Source: an uncultured delta proteobacterium (GTDB taxonomy: Bacteria > Desulfobacterota > Binatia > UBA9968). From it: a stretch of DNA of 64,000 nucleotides. Shown in pieces: positions 20,114 through 30,543 of this stretch (the stretch's first letter is position 1; each line of letters begins with the position of its first letter). The notes under the pieces are model-generated. The model searched no databases. It saw only the letters and a list, made by a program, of their open reading frames with translations, and was not told the origin of the DNA. Both the position numbers and the translations under genes were made by a program. Location: assembly GCA_963728565.1 (NCBI GenBank), contig CAVSLC010000025.1, positions 64,001-128,000 of the forward strand, written 5' to 3'.

Positions 20114-21970
20114 TCAACTGACATCCAGCGGCAAGCGGTTTTCTCGGCAATAGCTCGCTATGTGATCCAGGAACCGTTGTCCGAGATCGGCCAGCTTGCG
20201 TTCGCCGACTCCTCGAATACTCAGCAACGCAGCGGCTGAGCGAGGTTTTGCGCGCGCCATGTCGCGCAGCGTCGCGTCGCTAAAGAGCAGATATGCCGGA
20301 ACGCCGCGCTCGGCGGCGAGTTCACGGCGCAAGCTCCGCAAGCTTTCGAACAGATCGCCGTCGACATTACTCCATGATTCTTCTTCAAAGCGGCTCCTAC
20401 GAACCTTGGTTTTTGGCTGCAGCAGTTGAACCGTACGCTGGCTGCGTAGCACCAGCCACGACGCGTCATTGAGTTTGAGAACCGGCCGATCATCGCCAGT
20501 TCGTTCGAGCAGGCCCTCATCGAGAAGCTGATAAATCATGTTGGTGACTGACTTGCGGTCAGTCCCCTTCATCAAAGAGTAGGTGGTGAGTTTGTCATGA
20601 CCCCAGCGTCGCACCCGTTCGGTCTGCGCGCCCAGGAGCACGTCGACAATGTGTTCGGCGCCGAATTGTTGTCCTGCTCGAGCTACGCAGGACAAAATCT
20701 TCTGTGCCGTAAGCGTCGCATCGGTTAAACCTTGGACCTCGCCGAAGCAGACGTCACAGGCGCCGCATTGGGATTTGGAATAATCTTGGCCGAAGTATTC
20801 GGATAATTCTCGGTGCCGGCAATGAACACCCGTGCATAACCGGCGCATCTGTGCCAGGAGTTCGCGCGCTGCGGCGATGCTCTCTGGCGCCGGGTTGGAT
20901 TCGGTAGCGCTCTTTTGGATCAGCGATTCCCAGCGGAGCGCGTCGGCCGCCGAGTATAGGAGAACGCATTCCGCTTCCAAGCCGTCGCGCCCGGCGCGGC
21001 CGGTCTCCTGCTGATAGTGCTCGATGGATTTCGGCATGGCGGCGTGAATGACGCAGCGGACATCGCTACGATCGATCCCCATCCCGAAGGCGACCGTCGC
21101 CGCGACCACGTCCAACGTTTCTGAGGAAAACGCCTCCTGGGTATGGCGCCGAGCATCTGCGTCCATACCGGCATGGTAACAAGCCGCGCGCAAGCCGGCG
21201 GCCTTGAGCGCCTCGGCCATGATTTCGGTATCGTTCCTGCTCAGGCAGTAGACGATGGCCGCCTGCCCGGGATGACGCCGCAGCACTTCCAGCACCTGAG
21301 CCCGTGCATCGATGCGTGGAATGATCCGGTAGAGGAGGTTGGGACGATCGAAAGTGCCGACCAGCACCACTGGCTTGCTGAGACGAAGCTGCTCGATAAT
21401 GTCGGCGCGCACGCGCTGCGTGGCGGTCGCGGTGTATGCGTGAATGCTTGCCTGCGGAAAACGTGTCTTGATCTCAGCCAGCTGGCGATATTCCGGCCGG
21501 AAGTCGTGACCCCATTGGCTGATGCAGTGCGCTTCATCGATGGCGAAGGCGCGAACTTTGAGCGGCGCGATGAGTTGGAGAAATCGCGCCGTCAGTAGCC
21601 GTTCAGGCGCGACAAACACCAGCCGGTAGCGCCCGGCGGCGACCTGCTCTTCGGTTTCCTGGACTGCGTGCAGAGGCATGCCGCTGTAGAGTGCCGCCGC
21701 CGCATAGCCGCACTCCCTCAGGCCATCGACCTGATCCTTCATCAAGGAGATAAGCGGCGAGACCACAATATCGGTGCGTTGGGCAAGCTCAGCCGGAACT
21801 TGATAGCACAACGACTTGCCGCCCCCTGTCGGCATGACGACCAGCGAATCGCGGCCATCAAGACCGGCCCGCATCGCTTCCTCCTGCAACGGTCGTAGCT
21901 CGGAGTATCCCCAATAGCGGCGAATCGTGGCGAGGACGTCAACTGTTGACCAGTTTCTGGACCGATTCAT
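20114..21970 (-). CDS. recQ: ATP-dependent DNA helicase RecQ
   Basis: MPTGGGKSLCYQ, DEAHCISQWGHDFRP, ATVAFGMG, QETGRAGRDG, Zn-binding Cys residues, RQC and HRDC domains. Confidence 0.96.
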   Translation of the reverse strand: MNRSRNWSTVDVLATIRRYWGYSELRPLQEEAMRAGLDGRDSLVVMPTGGGKSLCYQVPAELAQRTDIVVSPLISLMKDQVDGLRECGYAAAALYSGMPLHAVQETEEQVAAGRYRLVFVAPERLLTARFLQLIAPLKVRAFAIDEAHCISQWGHDFRPEYRQLAEIKTRFPQASIHAYTATATQRVRADIIEQLRLSKPVVLVGTFDRPNLLYRIIPRIDARAQVLEVLRRHPGQAAIVYCLSRNDTEIMAEALKAAGLRAACYHAGMDADARRHTQEAFSSETLDVVAATVAFGMGIDRSDVRCVIHAAMPKSIEHYQQETGRAGRDGLEAECVLLYSAADALRWESLIQKSATESNPAPESIAAARELLAQMRRLCTGVHCRHRELSEYFGQDYSKSQCGACDVCFGEVQGLTDATLTAQKILSCVARAGQQFGAEHIVDVLLGAQTERVRRWGHDKLTTYSLMKGTDRKSVTNMIYQLLDEGLLERTGDDRPVLKLNDASWLVLRSQRTVQLLQPKTKVRRSRFEEESWSNVDGDLFESLRSLRRELAAERGVPAYLLFSDATLRDMARAKPRSAAALLSIRGVGERKLADLGQRFLDHIASYCRENRLPLDVS

Positions 21971-22370
21971 GTTCTTTCGCGACGCTAGAGACCAATCAAC
22001 GAGATGCTAAAAAATTATCAGAAATCACTAAAGCAATCCGGCAGCATGGGGATGGCTTGTTAGAGCGAAATGAAAGATCGCCGCTGATGATTTCTCAGAT
22101 GCTGTTACGACTTGTCATAAGACTAGCCGGATTATTCACGGTGACGGCGATCCAAGGGCGAGCCCTCCGGAATGAAGACAAATGGGCTCTGTGCCTTGGG
22201 GCGGCCTGCATGGCCAAGTTGTGGAGCGGACGCCTGGAAAAAGTGCGAGCAGAGGATCAAGCACCAAAGACTTCATTGAAGCTGTTCGTCTAGATGTCTT
22301 CACTCCTCCAGGCTCACCTTCGATCGGACACAGTGCCGTAGTTTTTCCTCTGAGCATGAATAGTCCGGGC

Positions 22371-22495
22371 TAGCAGGCCGCTCAAAAAGATCCTCACAGG
22401 CGAGGCGGATGCTCGTGTCCGTGAAACGTGATCGAGAATTCCGGACGAACACGAACACGTATCACGCGATCACGGATTCGAGTGAGCGCCTGCTA
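22371..22495. mobile_element. MITE-like element with terminal inverted repeats
   Basis: Left end TAGCAGGCCGCTCA, right end TGAGCGCCTGCTA. The right end supplies the TAG stop of the MBL-fold gene. Internal ACGAAC repeats. Confidence 0.6.
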
Positions 22496-23206
22496 AATCC
22501 CTTCGCCCATGCCTCTCTGCGTGCCTTGAATCGGCGTGCGGTTCCATTCGAGAGCGCCTTCGATTTTTCGCGGCAACGGTGGTTTGCGCGAGGTCATGAA
22601 CTGCACGAACTCTTCCTTGCTGGGAAATAGCATGCGCGTGTTTTTTTGCTTTTCATCGCCCAGCGTTGAAACCGCTTCGCGATAATCATGGCCGGGATAA
22701 ACCCGAATCTCATCGCCAAGAGCGCGAAGTTTGCGCAAGCTCTCATATTGTTGTTCGGCGCTGCCGCCGGGTAAGTCGGTTCTGCCGCAGCCGCCGATGA
22801 GGAGCGTATCACCGGTAAAAATACGGTCGCGGCATAAAAGGCACATGGCGTCTTGAGTGTGTCCGGGAGTGTATATCACTTTGATCGACTGGCTGCCGAA
22901 AGAAATGACGTCTCCATCTTTGACCGCCACGTCGATGTAGGGCGCATCGGTGGCTTCATGCATGATCACCTTGATGCCATGCTTCTCGCGCAGCACCTTG
23001 CACGCAGAGTTATGATCGGCATGGGTATGGGTATCGATCGCGTAAAGCAGTTCCGAGGAAAAAAATTTAGCCAACTCGATGTACTCGTCGGTCTTGTCGA
23101 GCTCCGGATCGATGACGACGCATTTTCTTTTCTCAGGACAGCACAGGAGATAGGATAGGCACCCGCTCGACCGGATCTGCTCGAAAATGATATTACCTGC
23201 GCTCAT
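22493..23206 (-). CDS. MBL-fold persulfide (sulfur) dioxygenase, ETHE1/Sdo-like
   Basis: DTHTHADH, TPGHT, FTGDTLLIGGCGRTD and YPGHDY motifs. Confidence 0.85.
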   Translation of the reverse strand: MSAGNIIFEQIRSSGCLSYLLCCPEKRKCVVIDPELDKTDEYIELAKFFSSELLYAIDTHTHADHNSACKVLREKHGIKVIMHEATDAPYIDVAVKDGDVISFGSQSIKVIYTPGHTQDAMCLLCRDRIFTGDTLLIGGCGRTDLPGGSAEQQYESLRKLRALGDEIRVYPGHDYREAVSTLGDEKQKNTRMLFPSKEEFVQFMTSRKPPLPRKIEGALEWNRTPIQGTQRGMGEGI

Positions 23207-23216
23207 GGTCGGCCGG

Positions 23217-23780
23217 TCAGTTAGCAGGAACAGGAATGATGGTTTCTTTTTCCATGTTGTATCGGCTGCGGTGGATCTTATCGAGATCATAGCTTAGAAA
23301 ACGAAAGACCACGCCAGGTCCTTCGACCGCATGGGTCGAATGAATTTCGCCGGGCAGATAGGGTTTGACTGTGCCGGGGGATAGCCGATGGAGTTCATCT
23401 TTTTCAAGAATTGCTCTGCCTGGTTGTGAACCGTCGTCGGTGCGTTTGTATTTAGTGATTTCAGTGAGACCGCTGAAGGCCCCGTAAACAACCCAGCATG
23501 GGCCATGGTCGTGCGGCGTATTACCATGTCCGGGTTGGTGCACGTGGCCCATTTGGATGAATCCGTGCTCGGTGTCTCGATAGAGCTCGCGCGAGGGCTT
23601 GCCCTCTCGAATGATCTGCGCCATCCAGGGATCCTCGGCGCTGGTGCTGGCAAACAACTTTTCCATCAACGCCGCTATCTTGTGGGGCAGCTGGGGGTCT
23701 TTGCCGTCGCCCCAAACGGCGCGAACTTCGGCGATGTATCTGTCAAACGAGCTCTCCGCTTTTTGTTCTTGTACCGCCAT
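23217..23780 (-). CDS. Cysteine-dioxygenase-like cupin (thiol dioxygenase family)
   Basis: PHDHGPCW..YG, EITKYKR.DDG and GEIH 3-His pattern. Confidence 0.75.
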   Translation of the reverse strand: MAVQEQKAESSFDRYIAEVRAVWGDGKDPQLPHKIAALMEKLFASTSAEDPWMAQIIREGKPSRELYRDTEHGFIQMGHVHQPGHGNTPHDHGPCWVVYGAFSGLTEITKYKRTDDGSQPGRAILEKDELHRLSPGTVKPYLPGEIHSTHAVEGPGVVFRFLSYDLDKIHRSRYNMEKETIIPVPAN

Positions 23781-24005
23781 TGGGCACCTCCTTTGAATTT
23801 CATCTTTACCATGTTCCGTAAGGAATCGTCTAGCACCTCAGGGACACGGTTGAAGCTCAACGCGCGGGGTCTGAAGATTGGTATTGCATCGAAAGCCGAA
23901 GGTCATGCCTGAATGGTGAAGCAGTGGGGCGATAAGATTGCATTCGTCAGTTTAACCTCTGCGCCGATTCAGTTGACAACATGATGGACGGATAGGAGGT
24001 ACCTT

Positions 24006-24261
24006 ATGGCAGAACTCACCACGGTGCAGGTTCGCGCCCAGCTTTCAGAAGTTATCAGTCGTGCTGCTTTTGCCAAAGAAAGGCTTTTTCTCACGCGCCG
24101 GGGTAAGCGGATTGCTGCCATCGTCCCGATCGATGACATCGATTTACTTGAAGCGGCTCGAGGACAAGGTCGATATTGCAGAGGCGCGGGCTTCTCTGGC
24201 GGAAGCAAAGAAGAAAGGAAGGGTATTGTGGGAGAAACTCAAAAAGGAGTTACGATTGTAG
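24006..24261 (+). CDS. Phd/YefM family antitoxin, frameshifted near 24150
   Basis: VRAQLSEVISRA...LTRRGKRIAAIVPI, continuing in another frame as RLEDKVDIAEARASLAE...WEKLKKEL. Confidence 0.85.
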
Positions 24262-24368
24262 GATTCAGATCTGAATAACCTGCGTGGAGGGTCCACGTCG
24301 TCGCAGCTGGAGGGGATGTGGAGTTTAAAAAGAGTGGCAAAGGACTTGGGGAGAAAGGGACATGTTCG

Positions 24369-24637
24369 ATGGCATCCGAAAAAAAAGTATCGCAGAATTC
24401 GCGCCCGCGGCGACTCGCCAGTTGAAAAATCTTCCGAGAGACGTACAAGTTCGCCTCACTAGGAAAAATCGATAAACTAGCTGAAAGGCCACGGCCTGAG
24501 GGTGTGAAAAAGCTCGAAGCTGAAGCTAGTCTGTATCGGATTCGGTCGGCGACTACCGCATCGTCTACTCGATTCGAGACAAATTGCTTTTGGTCTCGGT
24601 CCTAACTTTAGGCAAGGGGACTGACGTTTACCGATGA
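24369..24637 (+). pseudogene. RelE/ParE family toxin, several frameshifts (absent from the ORF track)
   Basis: Hand translation across frames: EFAPAATRQLKNLPRDVQVR / IDKLAERPRPEGVKKL...LYRIR / GDYRIVYSIRDKLLLV...DVYR-stop. Confidence 0.8.
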
Positions 24638-24851
24638 GCGGGAAAATCCGGTTCATGTGTCAACCGGACTTCAGTTTCTGCCTCAAACTTCAACAACTAT
24701 CCGCGAACATCATTGCGGCTCACGGTCTCGCCCGCTGCGGGCTCATGGCCGAGGCTTGATTGGCGCGCTTTTTACCAAATAAGATCGGGTTGAATCGACG
24801 GGCCTGATTGACAGCCCAAGGTTGGCTCTGGTACCAGTTTAAAAGCTGCTA

Positions 24852-25331
24852 ATGTCGATCGAACCACAAGAGCTGCGGCGAGTCATGGGCCATTTTGCCA
24901 CTGGCGTTACCGTGATTACGACCCAGGACAAAGACGGAAATCCAAACGGACTCACAGCCAACGCTTTCATGTCCCTATCATTGAATCCGCCGCTGGTCTT
25001 GATCAGCGTTGACAAAGGCGCGCAGTGCTATGCGTGCTTCAATTTGCAAAACGGTTTCACGGTCAACTTTCTCAGTGAACATCAGGAAGATGTGTCGCGT
25101 CGTTTTGCGACCAAGGGCATTGATAAGTTTGCCGGCCTGCAGTGGCATCCAGGCCAGAACGGGGCAGCGATTCTCGATGCGGCGCTCGGCTATGTCGAGT
25201 GCAAAATTACTCAGTGCTACGACGGCGGCGATCATACCATCGTCGTCGGCGAAATCGTCAACGCCAATGCCACGGACGGACGGCCACTGCTTTTTTTCAA
25301 AGGAAAGTACCAGCGCCTGCCTGATTCTTAG
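24852..25331 (+). CDS. Flavin reductase family protein
   Basis: RRVMGHFATGVTVIT, SLSLNPPLV, GGDHTIVVG and PLLF motifs. Confidence 0.93.
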   Translation: MSIEPQELRRVMGHFATGVTVITTQDKDGNPNGLTANAFMSLSLNPPLVLISVDKGAQCYACFNLQNGFTVNFLSEHQEDVSRRFATKGIDKFAGLQWHPGQNGAAILDAALGYVECKITQCYDGGDHTIVVGEIVNANATDGRPLLFFKGKYQRLPDS

Positions 25332-25614
25332 CTTCAGCTCCGGCGATTCCTCGGCGTTGGAAGGCTCTCTACCCGAGCAATCATGCTCGGCGCGATACTG
25401 CAGAAGATTGATGATTAGTCTGAGCGCTCGATCGGCCTTGATCAGCTGCATCCAAAACTTCGTCAGCATCGATTGCAAAGGAGTTATCTCCACCGATCGG
25501 AGTGCTCATCGAAATAACCGCTCTGCTATCGCTGGACAACCGAACACATTCAAGCCTAGAAATGACTCGTATCAAGCAGCCGTTGTTCTCAAGAACAGTT
25601 CTTGGAGGTAAGAG

Positions 25615-27837
25615 ATGACCCAGGTAGTGGGGCGACCAACGCCGCGCATCGAGGGTGAGTTAAAGGTTACCGGGAGGGCGCTTTACAGCGCCGACGTCAA
25701 GCTGCCGGAGATTCTTTGGGGCAAGGTTTTGCGAAGCCCGATTTCGTCCGGTCGCATTACCAAGATCCACACCGAAAAGGCGCGCCAGGTGCCGGGCGTC
25801 AAAGCGGTGATTACCGGAGAGGATGTAACTGGATTAAGAATCGGCAGGTGCATCTATGATAACCCGGTGCTCGCGGACGGATTGGTGCGCTTCATCGGCG
25901 AAAAAGTTGCGGCGGTCGCCGCTGAAACCAGACTCGCGGCGGAGCAGGCGCTCGAATTGATCGAAGTTGAATACGATGAAATGGAACCGTTGCTCGATCC
26001 GCTCGCGGCAATAGAAGATGATGCGCCGATTCTTCATCCCGACCTGCTTTCCTATAAAGGCCTTCCTGTACCGGTGGAAAAGGTCAGCAACGTGTTTGCT
26101 TACCTAAAATGGGGCAAGGGCGATATCGAAGCCGGTTTCAGACAGGCGGACGTCATCGTCGAAAACACCTTCACAACCCAAGTCACGCACCAATCCTATC
26201 TCGAGCCCCATGCCTGCGTGGTCAGTGCCGATCCAAGTGGCGGCGCGAAGATTTGGTCGTGCAGCAAGACACCGTTTGCGGTTCGCAACCAGCTGTCCAA
26301 TTGTACCGGTATCGATAAGGAAAAGCTGGTGTTCTATCCGATGCATATCGGCGGGGACTTTGGCGGCAAGGGCGGGTTCATGGATGTACCGGTTGCCTAT
26401 TTTCTTTCGCTCAAGAGCGGTCAACCGGTGAAGATGGTGATGGACTACGGCGAAGAACTCACAGCCGGTAATCCGCGTCATGCCGCGATCATCAGGGCCA
26501 AAACCGGCGTTAAAAAAGATGGCGCCATCGTCGCTCATCATCTTGATTTCATATTCGACAGCGGCGCTTACGGATCGATGAAGCCGGCAGGGTATTTAAT
26601 CGGCGCATCGACCTGCGCCGGTCCCTACAAGATCGCCAACTGTTTGATCGAAGAACGGATGGTTTACACCAATAAAATCCCCTGTGGGCACATGCGCGCC
26701 CCCGGCGACCCTCAGGGATTTTTCGCCAACGAAAGCCAGATGGATGAGGTCGCGCGCAAGCTCGGCATGGATCCGGCCGAGTTCAAGCGCAAAAATTTGA
26801 TGCACGATGGCGATGAAACTCCGATCGGCGGCCACGTGTCACATATCAGAGGTGTGGAAGCATTGGAGAGGGCCATCGAAATGTCCGGTTACAACAGGCC
26901 GCGGCCAAAGCATGTCGGCCGCGGCCTGGCTTTTTCGGAGTGGAGCCCGAGCGGCGGCGAAGGCAGCGTCTTCGTCAAAATCGAAGAGGACGGCAAGGTG
27001 AAAGTCTCGTCGCCGGTGGTGGATCAGGGCGCCGGAGTTCTGACGGTTATCGTCGAATGCGTCGGCCAGGAACTCGGTGTGCCGGCCGGCGAAATCGAGC
27101 TCGCACAGCTCGACAGCACGACCGTGCCGAGCGATGGCGGTGTCGGCGGCAGCCGCGCCACCAGGGTCTACGGCAACGCATCCTACGAAGCAGGGGTGAA
27201 GGCGCGAGGAGAGGTAACCGCCGCCGCGGCGGCAAACCTGATGGTTCCGGCTGAAGAGCTCGAGCTTGCCGATGCCCAGGTGATTCACCGTAAATCGAAA
27301 CGACGGATGAGTTTTGCCGAGGTGATTAAAGCTAAGGGCTCGCCGATCACGGTCAAAGGCTATTACAAGAGTTCAGAAAAATCGCATGACGCGTCGGTCT
27401 CGGCGCAAATCGCGGAAGTGCAAGTCGATCCGGAAACAGGGCAGGTGATCCTCAAGCAGATGGTATCGGCGCATACCACCGGCAAGGTGATCAACCCGTT
27501 GATGCATCAGGGGCAGATCGATGGCGGGGTTGTGTTCGGTTTGGGTTATGCGTTGCAGGAAGAGATTCTTTTCGACAACGGCAAAGTCGTGACCACCAAT
27601 TTCGGCGAATTCAAGATTCCCAATATCATGGACATCCCGCCGTTAAAAACTTCGGTTATCGAAAATGTGCCGAATGGGCCGGGCCCGTACAACAGCCTGG
27701 CGATTGGCGAGGTGGCAAATACGCCGACGGCCGCCGCAGTGGCCAACGCGGTTGCCGATGCATGCGGGGTGAGAATTACCGATCTGCCTATAACTGCGGA
27801 GAAAGTGTACGACGCGCTCAAGATAACGAAAGAATAG
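25615..27837 (+). CDS. Xanthine dehydrogenase family molybdopterin-binding subunit
   Basis: KVTGRALY, GGDFGGK, MRAPG, VDQGAG, GQIDGGVVFGLG and GEVA motifs. Confidence 0.93.
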   Translation: MTQVVGRPTPRIEGELKVTGRALYSADVKLPEILWGKVLRSPISSGRITKIHTEKARQVPGVKAVITGEDVTGLRIGRCIYDNPVLADGLVRFIGEKVAAVAAETRLAAEQALELIEVEYDEMEPLLDPLAAIEDDAPILHPDLLSYKGLPVPVEKVSNVFAYLKWGKGDIEAGFRQADVIVENTFTTQVTHQSYLEPHACVVSADPSGGAKIWSCSKTPFAVRNQLSNCTGIDKEKLVFYPMHIGGDFGGKGGFMDVPVAYFLSLKSGQPVKMVMDYGEELTAGNPRHAAIIRAKTGVKKDGAIVAHHLDFIFDSGAYGSMKPAGYLIGASTCAGPYKIANCLIEERMVYTNKIPCGHMRAPGDPQGFFANESQMDEVARKLGMDPAEFKRKNLMHDGDETPIGGHVSHIRGVEALERAIEMSGYNRPRPKHVGRGLAFSEWSPSGGEGSVFVKIEEDGKVKVSSPVVDQGAGVLTVIVECVGQELGVPAGEIELAQLDSTTVPSDGGVGGSRATRVYGNASYEAGVKARGEVTAAAAANLMVPAEELELADAQVIHRKSKRRMSFAEVIKAKGSPITVKGYYKSSEKSHDASVSAQIAEVQVDPETGQVILKQMVSAHTTGKVINPLMHQGQIDGGVVFGLGYALQEEILFDNGKVVTTNFGEFKIPNIMDIPPLKTSVIENVPNGPGPYNSLAIGEVANTPTAAAVANAVADACGVRITDLPITAEKVYDALKITKE

Positions 27838-28025
27838 GGGACAAGCAGCGATAAGGCGACTGTGCCGCTCTTCGTTTCGCGCGAGGTGCCGAGTCTGAGA
27901 AGCGGTTCTCGGCGATAGGCCGGCGATTTTAACCGCCTGGGTTGCGCCATCTGAGAGCTGCCGTTTCTCATATTGTGATCGTCGGTGCGGTGAGGTAATG
28001 CTAATTTTCTATGCAGGAGGCGGCG

Positions 28026-28423
28026 ATGATAAAGACGACGGGTGTCTACCATATCGGAATTCCGTGTAACGACGTAGATCGGGCGGTTAAGTTTTATACC
28101 GAGATCCTCGGCATGAGCATAGCAAAACTTAATCGCGACGACATGGGCAAAGGGCTCTCGCGCGCAGATCTTCGCTCCGGCGATAGCATGGTGGTGTTAT
28201 TTCAGCGGCCGAAACCACTGGATGGTGAGTTCATCGAAAGGGAAGGGGCGACCCACCAGGCGTTTACCGTAAGCCGCGATGATTTCGAATTGGCCAAGCA
28301 GAACATGAAGATTGGGGCGTCCGGATTCACACCACCCCGGCCGTCGACCGTCCGAGCGGCAGCGGGTTTTATTTCTTTGACAGCGAAGGGAATCTGCTGC
28401 AGCTCTACGCGCCGCCGAAATAG
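28026..28423 (+). CDS. VOC/glyoxalase family protein, frameshifted near 28310
   Basis: HIGIPCNDVDRAVKFY and HQAF; continues as FYFFDSEGNLLQL in another frame. AGGAGG RBS. Confidence 0.85.
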
Positions 28424-28496
28424 CTAATTCAAGCAAAAACCTGGCGACAGCTGCCGGAATGCGGTGAGCTCTGTGAGATCGAAGCACCTGGCCTGT

Positions 28497-29811
28497 TCAC
28501 AACAGGCTGCCGGTCAAAATCAGGGTCGCGACCGTGAAATAAATGATCAATCCGGTGACATCTACAAGGGTGGCGACGAACGGCGCCGAGGCGCTGGCCG
28601 GGTCGAAACCGAGTAGACGCAGAACAATCGGCAGAACGGAGCCCGCCAGCGTTCCCCACAGGACGACTCCGATTAGACTGAAGGCGACGGTCAGTGCGAT
28701 CAGCATGTAGTGATCGCCGTAGGAATGAAAAAGACCTTGCCATGCCAAGATACGGATCAGACCGATTATCGCGAGGATACAGCCGAGAGCGATGCCGGCG
28801 CTGAATTCACGCCGGACGACCCGCCACCAATCCGAAATGCGGATTTCTTTCAGAGCCATAGCGCGGATCACTAAAGTGGATGCTTGCGAGCCGGAGTTCC
28901 CGCCGCTACTGATAATCAACGGAACGAACAGAGCAAGGACAACGGCTCGCGAAATCTGATCTTCGTAATAACCCATCGCCGTGGCCGTGAGCATTTCCCC
29001 GATAAACAGAGCTGCAAGCCATCCGGCGCGTTTTTTGATCATCTGCGTCAACGGGATCTGCAGATACGGCGCGTCGAGAGCTTCGGTGCCGCCGATTTTT
29101 TGAATATCTTCGGTAGCTTCCTCGCGCAGAACGTCGATGATGTCGTCGTGAGTCACGATTCCTTTAATACGCCTCTCAGCGTCGACGATCGGAATCATCA
29201 TCAAGTTGTGCCGGGCGAAAAGATCGCTCAACGCTTCCTGGTCCATATTGTCGCGCGCGGTGACGATATCCGTACGCATGACACTCTCAATCGACTGATC
29301 GCCGCGGGCCGAGAACAGATCTCGAAAGGAAACGACTCCAAGAAGCCTTTCTTGTGGATCGACGACGAATGCGTAATAGAACTTTTTCTCGCGATCGCGG
29401 GCATCGCGCCTAAGATAACTGAACGCTTCATCGACGGTCATATTGGGGCGCAAGCGGGCATAGCGCGGGCTCATCAAACCGCCAGCCTGATCTTCGGCGT
29501 AGGCCAGCAGGCCTTTGATTTCGCTCCTCAACGGCTCGTCGATCAACGAGACTATTTCTTCGCGCTCATCCGGAGCAGTTTCTTGAATAAGATCCGCTGC
29601 GTCTTCCGGTGCCAAGAGACGGATCCAAAAGCGTCGCTCTCCCGGGGGAAAAGCTTCGAGCAAGTTGGCCTCGATCCCGGGCGCTCAATTGCTTGAAAAA
29701 ACGCTCGCGCTCCTCTGGCGGCAAGAGCTTAAATCCCTCGAGTTTGTCCTCGACGGACAGGATCGGCCAGGCGTCATAAAGTTCGGTCGAAGAAAATGCC
29801 TGCTCAGCCAC
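28497..29811 (-). CDS. mgtE: Magnesium transporter MgtE, frameshifted near 29670
   Basis: CBS domains, KKRAGWL, SGGNSGSQ and DPASASAPFVATLVDVTG; N-terminus in ORF 29566-29811. Confidence 0.93.
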
Positions 29812-30271
29812 TAAGCCTCCCGAAGATGCCGTCGCCGTTACGTATCATTGATATGAGGAAATCACTTCCATGTTAATATTACCAACAAGATGTCACGGCC
29901 TTTTTTGACTGCAGTTAAATCGGCTCGCGGCTTATCTGCGCTGGGACGGTGATCATCAAGATTTGCTTAGACGATTGCGGCGAACCAGCAAAAGCCGCAG
30001 CCAGCCCTAAACCGACAAGCTCTAGGAAGTCTGATTACTGTCTTCGCGAGATTAAAAAAGTGCGTACTCCTAGGACGTTTACTAAAGAGTGAAAGCAGTC
30101 TGCTGAAGCTATATACGCCGCCGCGATAGATCGGACTGTACCAACTCTCAATTGTAACAACTGGTACATTTGAGCAAGTGATAACTTCTGTTCGTGATCT
30201 ATGATCCGACATCATTACGTTGCCATAACTCCTGACATAATCGTGTTGCTACAACAGTTCCGAAATTCTAA

Positions 30272-30301
30272 TTGACAGGTGACTTGGCGCAGTGCTAAGA
30301 C
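30272..30301 (+). promoter_or_regulatory. Putative sigma70 promoter upstream of the secreted-protein/maturase locus
   Basis: TTGACA, 18-nt spacer, then TAAGAC preceded by a TG extension. Confidence 0.4.
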
Positions 30302-30543
30302 GCTCTTGCAACTTAGCCCTGCGTCTTTTGTAGATTTTCTTCCTGCTTCACTCCACGCAATCACCTCCATGATTCAGCAGGCTAGATCAAGCTTCTGAGA
30401 CCGTGCTAAATGTGCGCGATCAAAAACGAGGAGCAGCTTGAAAATGAGCCTCTCCGGATTTTAAAGATTAACTGCTGGCTGGTTTTTCAATCAGGCGATG
30501 TATAAGAACCGACGCGTCGCTTTTTTTTCTTTTCCAACTGTTC

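Noticed and set aside
25615-27837. Aerobic CO dehydrogenase coxL
   Set aside because: It lacks the AYxCSFR motif and has no adjacent coxM/coxS.
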